Shown one piece after another: positions 39,801 to 51,800 of a stretch of 64,000 nucleotides of DNA. The stretch lies in the NCBI GenBank assembly GCA_903813345.2, contig CAIIXF020000001.1:5642001-5706000 (forward strand), written 5' to 3'. Made by a program: the position numbers and the translations under genes. The DNA comes from Owenia fusiformis (taxonomy: Eukaryota). The notes under the pieces were generated by a model. It did not search any database. It worked only from the letters and a program-made list of their open reading frames with translations, and was not told the origin of the DNA. Every line of letters begins with the position of its first letter. The first letter of the stretch is position 1.

Positions 39801-42800
39801 GAGGTGTTGACACAACGACATCGAACCTGTGAACCCTTGAGTATTATTCCGGGATCGGGCCTTTTATACTAAACGGTGAGCAACACCAGAAACGAGCGTT
39901 CGATTTGCTAAACGATATGCGTCACCCTTTAATAGATGATCGAATGTTGGATTTAATGGATGATTAAATGTTGGGTTTAATGGATGATCAAATGTTGGGT
40001 TTAATGGGTGTTCAAATGTTGGGTTTAATAGATGATCGAATGTTGGGTTTAATGGATGATCAAATGTTGGGTTTAATGGATGATTGAATGTTGGGTTTAA
40101 TGGGTGTTCAAATGTTGGGTTTAATAGATGATCGAATGTTGGGTTTAATGGATGATCAAATGTTGGGTTTAATGGATGATCGAATGTTGGGTTTAATGGG
40201 TGTTCAAATGTTGGGTTTAATGGATGATCGAATGTTGGGTTTAATGGATGATCGAATGTTGGGTTTAATGAGTGTTCAAATGTTGGGTTTAATGGATGAT
40301 CAAATGTTGGGTTTAATGGATGATCAAATGTTGGGTTTAATGGATGATCGAATGTTGGGTTTAATGGATGATCGGATGTTGGGTTTAATGAGTGTTCAAA
40401 TGTTGGGTTTAATGGATGATCAAATGTTGGGTTTAATGGATGATTGAATGTTGGGTTTAATGGGTATTCAAATGCTAGGTTTAATGGAGGATCAAATGTT
40501 GGGTTTAATGGGTGTTCAAATGTTGGGTTTAATGGGTGTTCAAATGTTGGGTTTAATGGATGATCAAATGTTGGGTTTAATAGATGATCGAATGTTGGGT
40601 TTAATGGATGATCAAATGCTGGGTTTAATGGAGGATCAAATGTTGGGTTTAATGGATGATCGAATGTTGGGTTCAACAGGTATTCAAATGTTGGGTTTAA
40701 TGGGTGTTCAAATGTTGGGTTTAATGGATGATCAAATGTTGGGTTTAATGGATGATCGAATGTTGGGTTCAACAGGTATTCAAATGTTGGGTTTAATGGG
40801 TGTTCAAATGTTGGGTTTAATGGATGATCAAATGTTGGGTTTAATGGGTGTTCAAATGTTGGGTTCAACAGGTATTCAAATGTTGGGTATAATGGGTGTT
40901 CAAATGTTGGGTTTAATGGATGATCAAATGTTGGGTTTAATGGATGATCGAATGTTGGGTTCAACAGGTATTCAAATGTTGGGTTTAATGGATGATCAAA
41001 TGTTGGGTTTAATGGATGATCGAATGTTGGGTTCAACAGGTATTCAAATGTTGGGTTTAATGGGTGTTCAAATGTTGGCTTTAATGGATGATCAAATGTT
41101 GGGTTTAATGGATGATCGAATGTTGGGTTCAACAGGTATTCAAATGTTGGGTTTAATGGGTGTTCAAATGTTGGGTTTAATGGATGATCAAATGTTGGGT
41201 TTAATGGGTGTTCAAATGTTGGGTTCAACAGGTATTCAAATGTTGGGTATAATGGGTGTTCAAATGTTGGGTTTAATGGATGATCAAATGTTGGGTTTAA
41301 TGGATGATCGAATGTTGGGTTCAACAGGTATTCAAATGTTGGGTTTAATGGATGATCAAATGTTGGGTTTAATGGATGATCGAATGTTGGGTTCAACAGG
41401 TATTCAAATGTTGGGTTTAATGGGTGTTCAAATGTTGGCTTTAATGGGCGATCAAATGTTGGGTTTAATGGATGATCAAATGTTGGGTTTAATGGGTGTT
41501 CAAATGTCGGGTTTTAAGAATGATCAAATATCAGGTTTAATGGATGATCAAATGTTGGGTTTAATGGATGATCAAATGTTGGGTTTAATGGATGATCAAA
41601 TGTCGGGTTTAATGGATGATCAAATGTTGGGTTTAATGGGTGTTCAAATGTCGGGTTTTAAGAATGATCAAATATCAGGTTTAATGGATGATCAAATGTT
41701 GGGTTTAATGGATGATCAAATGTTGGGTAGATCTGTACCTACTGCCTCCCTTTGCCCACCAACTTTAAGAATTGTTTATCTCAAAAAAGCAAGATATGGG
41801 TCATTCACATTGACATGCATTTCTCTTCAATTTGAAAATAGATGTACATGACATTAAAGAGGATTATCTTATTCAACATACAAAATAAGTTTCAATTTTT
41901 AATATCATGACCTTATGATTTGAGTTGTAGCTTACCAATGAGAGTTACTGGAATGCCATACTCCAAAGCTGATATTGCAGTCCATTTTCCAGTTCCTTTC
42001 TATAAGAAAAACAAGGCATTAATATGACAAAATATCACCACCTAGTTGCTCACAATATTATGACTTCAATCTTGAGTCAGATTTGAACTTGTAGATGATT
42101 TTGAAACAAAAATTGGTCAATTTGAAGCAAGTTGAAAAAATACCCTTTTTGAACATGAGAAAATCATTGAAGGTGAAAATCTCAAATTTAAAGTCAGTCT
42201 GAGAACTTGTAGATGAATTTAAAAGAAAGAATTAGGTCGATTTGAAGCAAGTTGAAAAAATACCTTTTTGACCTTTTTTACCTTGAAAAGGTCATTTAAG
42301 GTCAAATCTTTTTGACCTTGAGAAGGTATTGAAGGTCAGATCTCAAATATATAGTAAGATTTGAACTTTTGAGAACTTGTAGATGATTTTGAAAATTGAA
42401 GTCAGAATAAACATTATTTCTTAAGTTATTGGAAGTTGTAAGAATTTAAAAAAGACAAAAATGGTCAATTTGAAGCAAGTTGAAAAAAGACCTTTTGACC
42501 TTTTTTAATCTTTTTCGACCTTGAGAAGGTCAAATCTTAAATCTAAAGTCAGATTTTAACTTCTGGAAGTTGTAAGAATTCATTAGAGACACCAACTAAG
42601 AATTTCTTAGAGACGCCGATCAACCACCACCATCACAAAAAATGGAGAACATAACAATATGTCACCACTTTTTGGTGGTGATATAATAATTCATATCATT
42701 TCATATTTATCAATTCTAACATATTATCATTTTTAGAACAACTAGACTTTCAAAAAGTTTTCAAAAACAATATGTATTTTCTAACTGCTGTACATGTAAC

Positions 42801-45800
42801 TCTCAGAAATGAATCTTTGATTCTGTCGTCAAAATTTAATTACAAGTTTTTTTTTTATTTGCTCATTTGTATTCTACAAACTTTTAGCACAAAGCACTAG
42901 GCCTACTGGTGCAGCACAAATTAGCACTAATTTTGCAAACTTATCGTTAGAGACCCATGCCTCTCTATCGTTTCAAAAAATGTACCTAACGTATCGGTCT
43001 CTGTTAATTTATGGCATCCATACTTTTCTGAAAGGTAACATATTGAGGTTCAATTTTCTGCCGGATGCCCTTGCAAACTCTCATTGGTTACTCTGTATTG
43101 TAGCATTCCGTTACCATGGTTACGCATCTATAGACATCTTACCTTGGAATCTTAAATCATTTGTAGCTTTGTCATTATTTGGTCTATAGAGACGATATTG
43201 GTATCAAATTAAACCTAATTAAATTTCTCATAAAGTAATGATATTCAATTATGCTAATTAGTTAATTTGCATCAATTGTGACGTCATCAATCAATTTTTG
43301 ATTCAGAATTTTCGAGTATAGCAACATATCTATTAGAACTGAGGCTGTATGTCAGAATTTCGGCAAAGTTTGGTCCTTTAGACTATATGAAGAATGTATA
43401 AGCAACATAAAAGTGCAAACAGATTCAAAATTGGATCAGTATTGCCAAAGTTATTAAACTTTCGAGGCAGCTACTGTGAATGTCATTATTTGACAATTAT
43501 ATTCAGACTATGGACGTTTAAAGTGTTTGTAGCTTTGTCATTATTTGGTCTATAGAAATGATATTGGTATCAAATTAAACGTTATAAAATATCCTGTACG
43601 ATTACAATATTCAGTTATGCAAATTAGCTAATTTGCATAAATTGTGACGTCATCAATCTATTTTTGTTCAGAATATCCCAGTTTAGCAACATAAATATTA
43701 GAACTTAGGCCGTATGACAGAATGTGTGCATAGTTTTGACCTTTATTTGATGAGTGGAAGATAGAGGCAACATTCGAGAGACAACAGATTCAAAATTGGG
43801 TGAGAATTAGCAAAGTTATTCAGCTTTTGGGGCAGCTACTGTGAACGTCATTGTTTGACAATTATAAAAATATTACAATAACAAAAAAAGAAACAAACAT
43901 AGTTGTTTCAATCTTATTGAGTAAAAATGTGCATGACTTGTTCATATTTTTCCATTAAACTGTACATGAAAGTATGTGGAAATGTTACATGTATTTTGAC
44001 TATCATTCACAGGGGTCAAAATCATGAGATCTTGATCTTGTATTTTAAAATCTAATGTTATTATTTACCATACACTGTCAATGATCCATATGAATACATA
44101 GTAATGCTTTAATTATGCTATTTTGACATATGTTGACTAATATACATATCAATATTTACAAAGTTTATATGGAAGTGTATTCCTGGTTTCATTTGATTTC
44201 TAACATGTGAAAAAGCTGAAAACAATTTTTTTTGATATTTGGACATAAACTTAATAAATCTTAATTACCATTTTATATTTAAAATACAGATAAAGTGTCA
44301 ACTTTAGAACTTAGATGTTAACATTGCCAAAAATAAGTCAATCGGTGGCAAATGGCGAGCCCACACAGCTAAAGTGACAACTACTTTAGGGGAATTTTTT
44401 AACCTTCAAAATCCTTGGTGATCAACCTTAGAATGATTTATGTTATAGCTTTTTTGAAAATGGACTATAAGCATAAAGTAGGTACTTAGTGAAGCAAAAT
44501 GAAAAGTAGTTTTTATATAATTTTACATAATATAACGTCTTCGATATGCAATGAAAAATGATGACAAAATCCATACAAGAGCCCAGTAGTAGTACTAGTA
44601 ATCCTGAAATTAAAGTATATTGATCAAAATAGCCACGAAGAAAAAATGCCCTTTAAAATATTTTTGAAAGAACTGATTTTTGTAGGACTTTAACTAACCC
44701 TTCCTACATCTACATGTAGGTTTCCTACATCTATCTCTTATGTCACAAAGTATGTGTGGTATAGGACTTATAATCTGAATTTGTTTTAAAAGGTTTCCAA
44801 AATATGAAATACCAAAAATCTATGAAAAATATGAGTCTCAAATGGATGGATTTCAGGTATATCCCCATACACTATGGATACCATTCAAAACTGAGAACTG
44901 TAACAACAGGAGATTTAAGTGCAAAATAAAGGAGTTAATCACATAGTATGATTGACAGAGGTTGAATCTTAACTATTGTAATTTACACTTTTTATAGTTT
45001 AGATGATCTAATCTAATGAAGATCTAATCAATACAGTGCGTTTCAAAAAAAAACGCAACAGATTGTTATACTTGAAAAGCACAAAACCAGTGATAACAGC
45101 ATTGATTTCATTCAATGCACCATGAAGTCATGTGTCTCCTCTTTACAATGATATATCATTCATTGATATTTGGTCATGGTTGGGCGGGTTATCATTCCAT
45201 TTGCAAAGTGGGCCAAAATTAGCTTGGGGCCAAGTTATAAACATCGCAAAAGTCAGCGTACGGAGCCCGATGCAATATTGGAAGAATACATAAAACAAAT
45301 GCTGACGGTATCCTTTTCATTCAATGTACCGAAAAGCCAAATTACTCCTCTTTGCAATGGAATATCATTCATTCACAGGGAGTCATGGCTGTCTGAATAA
45401 TCATTTATTTTGCAAAGTAGGGCAAAATTCAGTTCGGACTCAAGTTTCAAACATTGCAAAAGTCAGTACAAGGGATATAGGGGCTATTGGAAGAAGGTGT
45501 GACAGGTGTGGCATAGACAGTAAAGTGTTCATACTCATACTCCTGCAAGAATACATCCTATACCTCTCCAAATTGCCACCACTTCCTTGCACATGCACTC
45601 ATTTGTCCACGTCATGCATGGTTCAGCCCCGAGTCATCTTTGGGTTAAAGCAGAGAAAAGCAGCCTATGGGCAATTCTTTCTCGAGGTTTCGCAATATCT
45701 GGTGAAGGAATTGTGAGCACAGATGCTCCTGAGATAGCTCCAAAAGAAAAAGTCACAGCATTTCAAGTCAGGGGAACTCCCATTGGCATTTTGCAAAATC

Positions 45801-48800
45801 TAAAACTTGGACCAGACCCGAATTTGACCCACTGTGCAAATGGAAGGATTTCTCACCCATCATTACCACATGTGAATTAAGACATATCATCGCAAAGAGG
45901 AGAGACGTTGCTTCATGGTACATTGAATGAAATTGATGTAGTCATCACTAGTTTTGTGATTTTACGAGATAACTACCCGTTGCGTTTTTTGAAACGCCCT
46001 GTATAACGGATTTTATCAAAAAGTCTCAGATGTACATGTAGGCCTGGATGCTGGGGCAAAAGTCATCACAATAAGATGTGCCCAGAGGAGCTGAATCAAT
46101 GTCACAGCTATAGATGATGTTAACAAGGAGATTAATGTCACACAGATGATATTTGGGAGTCAAATCACACTGGTGAGGTGAACATGGAGATGTGACAAAG
46201 ATGATGGAAACATTAAGAATAAAAAGCATCCCTGTCATGAAAGTCACCACTGAAATAGATTAACAAAAGAAAAATTCAACCACTGCCATATGGGTCCTTG
46301 ACATGGGTAATGCTACATGAATATTGATGTTACATATACGTACATGTAGATGGCTATAACATGAATGAATGCCATAGAGGTGATGTTAACACGGATATCA
46401 ATGTCACATGGATGACATGGTGATAAAACGTTAATTTGTTCAAAGTTACACTATAAAGGTGATGTTAGTCACATGGAAATAAATGTCACATGGATGTAGG
46501 AACTCTTGGGTTAAAGTCCTCGCTTCATCAACACTTAATATAAAAATACAATGCTATTTATGAACTATAATAGCTTGGTATGATAAATAGTACAAGGTGT
46601 CTCAAAAATGTACCCAAAAGTATATTAACACCACGATTAAACCAATCAATATTTATTTTATAGATATTTTGTAGATATTTTTGCATGGTCATGTTGCTAA
46701 AGCATGTAAGTTTCCTTCCCAATACAAAGTTTTCAGCTCAGTCTTGCATTTTGATGATTTAACCCTTTACTTTTTACTTCATATTTCGATGACAGCTTGT
46801 ATCCTTGTGCTACATTGTTCATCACATTTGATAATATTTCAGGTGGAACGTTTTTAATTTCTCTTTGGGTGTTGGCTTTATGTTGTTCTAGGTCTTTTGG
46901 CTTGGGATTAGCTTAACATGCTCCTTCAAATAGCCCCAGAGAAAAAAGTTCCAAGGTTGAAGATGGCAGAACAATCACAGAGAACCAGCTCAATTATCGT
47001 CAAATGATTTAGCGGTTAATTGATAATGGAGTTCCATCTGCCAGAGTTACAGAGACTGAATGATATCCAAATGAGAACACTGTGGTTCCAGACAGTTTGA
47101 GCCCCTCCATGTACAGCAAGGGCCAAACAAAAATTCCCATGAAAGCAGTTTCTTCTTTCTATATAAAGACAGTGTGAAGGCCTCCCTATTCAACAGATTT
47201 GACACCCCAAACATTTTCTCTGGAATGACTTCAAGAACCATGTTTATGTTTATCCCAAAGCCAAGAGACATAGAACAATTTGAGGTCAACATGTGAAAGG
47301 AAATTCAAAACATTCCACCAGAAACATTGTCATATATGATAAACAATGTAGCAGTAAGGATGCAGGCTTTTATCGAAATGTAAGGAGGTTAAATTAAACA
47401 CATGGTATAAAAAGGGTTAAAGCATCAAAAAGGCAAGACTTAACTAAAAAATTAGTATTGGAGAGAAAACTTACATGCTTTTCCTAAATGACCATGCAAA
47501 AATATCTGAAAATATTGATTGATTTATCTTTGCTGTTGATATACCTTTGGTTCATCTTTTGAGACACTCTAGATAATAAAAATTGTCTCTTTAATGTCAC
47601 TGCCAGTAATCTGACAAAATGAGTGAAGGGAGTCGATTTCTGCTAGAAAATTCAACAAATAAGATTTCCTTCTTCAAAAAGCATATACAATGGTAAAATC
47701 GGTTAGGTTTTAGGTGTAAGAATGGCGCAACGTCACCAGCATGCAAAAAGTCAATCTTTGAATCCTCTTCAATGCAATAATTCAAAATAAATGAGGCTTT
47801 TAAAAATATATTATTTTGATATTTTTTATAACATTTTGTAAATAATTCAAACAAGGCATAAACATGCAAAATGTCACAACCTACCATTTGTTACAGATGC
47901 CAAACAGATGTCAAACGCCGTCTCAAAAATGGAGACAAATGGAGAACAATATGTCACCGCTTTTGGTGGTGACATAAAAACAGCAATGACATACATTTTG
48001 TGATATAATGTCATAAATTTGTATTAATAGGTTATGTAGATGATTACTGCTTGAATCGCAGCACAAATATTAATGTTTGACCAGTCATGATGTCTCGTCC
48101 TTTTAAATAGATTGACGCCTATGAAGCAAATCAGTTTAAAAATTCATGTAGATGTTCACTGCTTGAATTGCAGCACAAATATTGATGTTTGACCAGTCAC
48201 GATGTTTCGCATTTTTAAATAGATTGACGCCTATGAAGCAAATCATTTCAAAGATTTATAGATTACATAACAGATTTCACCATACCATTCACCCATTCAC
48301 GTACTGATTAATCCATAACTTTCTCATAAACAATAAATCATGTTACAAAATCAAAAAAACTGTTTTGACCCCTGTCAATGACAGTCAAAATTATGAATTT
48401 CTATACACCAACTAATTCAGTGACATGTAAAATATATATTTTTCACTCAATAAGCTTGAATCAGCTTTCATTTTTTTCATCATCATGTTTCATTTTTGTT
48501 ATTTCAGTGTTTTATTTATGATTGTCAAATAGTAATGTTCATAGCAGCTGCCTCAAAAGCTGAATTACTTTACTAATACTCATTCAATTTTGAATATTTT
48601 TTTATATTACTCATACCTCTTCCACTCATAGAATAAATGACAAACTATGCAGAAACTACACCATCCAACCTCGGATCTAATTTTGTTGCTATACTTGGAA
48701 GTTCTGAACCCAAAATAGATTGATGACATCATAATTTATGCAAATTAGCTAATTTGCATAATTGAATACCGTTACCATACCGTTTATTCAATTAGGATCA

Positions 48801-51800
48801 ATTCGATACCAAGATCTCCTCTATAGACCAAATAATGACAAAGCTACCAAACATTTCAATTCTAAGGTAAGATGTTTAACGTTAATTTTCAATGATAACG
48901 TTCATGGTAGCTGCCCAGAAAGCTTAATAACTTTGTTAGTTCTGATCCAATTTTGAATCAGTTTTCACTTTTATGTTGCTTAAACCTTCTGCTCATTGAA
49001 TAAAAGTCATAACATTGAAGAAATTCCATCGTACGGCTTCAGTTCTTAAAGATACATTGCTATACTTGAGAATTCTGAACGAAAAATAGATTTATGACGT
49101 CACAATTTATGCAAATGAGCTAATTTGCATAATTGAATATTTTAATTATATGAGAAATTTATTTAGGTTTAATTTGATACCAATATCATATCAATAGACC
49201 AAATAATGACAAAGCTACAAATGATTTAATATTCCAAGGTAGGATGTCTATAGATGCGTAACCATGGTAACGGAATGCTACAATACAGAGCAACCAATGA
49301 GAGTTTGCAAGGGCATCCGGCAGAAAATTGAACCTCAATATGTTACCTTTCAGAAAAGTATGGATGCCATAAATTAACAGAGACCGATACGTTAGGTACA
49401 TTTTTTGAAACGATAGAGAGGCATGGGTCTCTAACTATCACCTAAATAATGTAGTTCTCACTAATTAGTACCCAAATATTGTTTTACAATTCAACCACTT
49501 TTGATAAGGCAAATAAAGTAACTGCCTTGATTCCTTGCATCCATTTGGGACCAGGTAATTGTACATTCATTTTTTTTTTCAAAGTAAAGTTGCTTCCTTT
49601 AAAAAATATTATGGGGTCGGAACAAATATTATGAACATAAATGTACTGTATATATGTTAAAAAAGCCAAAAGGGTACCCCCCTCTGCCTACGTAATTAAT
49701 TTTATTTGTGGATGTATTTTGATATTGACCTTTATAAAGCAGCTTGATGATTTGTAGTCTATTGGTCTTTATCACTCACCTGACCAGCAGAATCTCTTAT
49801 TTTCTCTACCAGGAATGAACCATCTGTGTCCTTGAATGCGAGTATATCTCGTGTAATTTCTATGAGAAATGATTCTAGCTCCCCCTTATTCCACTTCTCC
49901 ATCACCTTGAAACAAAACAAATTGTCTGATATCTTATTCATGAATAACAAGCTATAGCTTTCCATTGTGATTAATATTAAGTCATTGAAATGTTATTCAA
50001 TGGTGTAGAATCCAGATTTGAAAATGACGTAAGCTACTATCAAATGTGGTTAATTTTCAAAATAAAATAATTTCCTATTGAGCCTAAGCATTCAGATGCA
50101 ACATTTACCAAGTTATAACCAGAATAAAAACAACAACTCCCAGAGTAGCAAATCCCACCAAATAAAACATATTTTATTGCATCCCTTGTTAATTTTGACA
50201 TTACATGATTAAATAACCAGGAAGTAGAGCTCTGTCCCTGAGGCATCAGCATATAAACCAAATTCATTAACTGGTCTTTGAGTTATCGAAGTTTACATTT
50301 TTTAGAAAATTGTGCCCATTTTGAATTGAGTGGCCATATGTAAAATTCCTTCTCGAGCAGAGGTCCAATGTCCATTAGGCAAAAGCCTATGAAATTTTAA
50401 CTGAAACCATTGAGTGGTATTTGAGTTATAGCATGGATGAATGAACGGATGGATGGCTTCTCTATATCCCTACCAGACTTCAGTGGTTCAGTGGGATAAA
50501 AACAAGGTTTTGTTTGATATTATCTAACTATTAGTTATTTTCAAGGGGCTTCCTTGGTTTTACTGACATAAGGTGAGTTTGGCAACTTACATTAGATATC
50601 TCATCAGGGGTCATTCCAAGAGTATCTTTCATCAGCTGGTATGCCTCACATATAAGTTGCATGTCTCCATATTCTATACCATTGTGAACCATCTTCACAA
50701 AGTGGCCAGCACCCTCATCTCCAACCTAAAACATAATGGCATTTAGGATTCTTCATTTATCATTTCTCTAAAAGTATACCATTTTATTGTCTGCACTGAG
50801 GGATTCCATGATAAAGAATGCACTTAAGGTTTCTACATTTAAGAATGCACTTAGGGTTTTAATCATTAAATAATGCACTTAGGGTTTTAATCATTAAATA
50901 ATGCACTTAGGGATTCTACTGAAACGTGCACTTAGAAGTTACATTTCAAATAATGTACTTAGGAATTCTATCATAATGAATGCACTTATATGAATTACAT
51001 ATCATAAAGAATGCACATACCCAATCACAACAAGGTTCATTCCCAACCTTGGCAGAAATCTTTTGGAAGATGTCTTTGATATGTGGCCTGTAAGTAATTG
51101 TTAATGTAAGTGTACTCGGGGACAAAATACCAGGGCAGATATGTACGATTTATGTGACATATTCACAAATACTTTGACTATTTTTAGTATTATGTTTAAT
51201 ATAAAATCTAGCTGCACTATAATATTCCAAAGAGAGAACACCAAACCTAAATTACATCATTTTAATTTTTTAAATTCCATCAAAATATTATTGATTAAAA
51301 TAAACTTTGAAGAGAGAGAAAGAGAGCAATATGACACCTATATATCGAACCATTCAAACCACTTACCACGCTTCCTCTGAGCCCCCAGGCATAAGGGAGG
51401 GGCCATACCTAGCCCCATCTTCACCCCCACTCACACCACTCCCAACAAATAGGATACCTTGATTCTTTAACTCTTTTGAACGCCTCTGAAAAATAGACAT
51501 TATAATTCAATCCAACATATGCACCATCAGTGAATATTGTGAGTTTGTAAGGTCTAGGAGAACCCTGCACAGAAATCATCAAAGGATTCAATTTTGTTCT
51601 GATCATTCCTCTAAGGTGTTGTTTCAAACTTTGCCCGAGATGTAAAGGAAACAACACCTAAGTGGAATGAATCAGCCACAATACATCAAGTCTCAGGATT
51701 GAATTCTTTTCACACATTGCAAGCTTTTTTAAACAATATCATCAAGATATGAAATGACTTAACCCTTAAAAATGGTTAGGCTATAGAGAATCACACCAAC

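Larger units (their letters stand above)
42946..49435. mobile_element. 6.5-kb non-autonomous DNA element with about 1.1-kb TIRs, 4-bp TSD (TATC) and nested insertions
   Basis: tatc|GTTAGAGACCCATGCC ... GGCATGGGTCTCTAAC|tatc. 42946 to about 44030 is the reverse complement of about 48350 to 49435. The near-identical spurious ORFs 42980..43189(+) and 49186..49401(-) reflect this. Confidence 0.85.

Noticed and set aside
33500..41728. Regularly spaced repeats as a CRISPR array
   Set aside because: Units are contiguous tandem copies with no unique spacers; no cas genes; eukaryotic context
39864..41851. 510-aa and 467-aa repetitive ORFs as real protein genes
   Set aside because: They coincide with a 24-bp intronic minisatellite, have no non-repeat domain, and the minus-strand ORF ends inside a MITE
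42980..49401. Duplicated 69/71-aa ORFs (MYLTYRSLL...) as a gene pair
   Set aside because: They are the two TIRs of one element read in opposite directions
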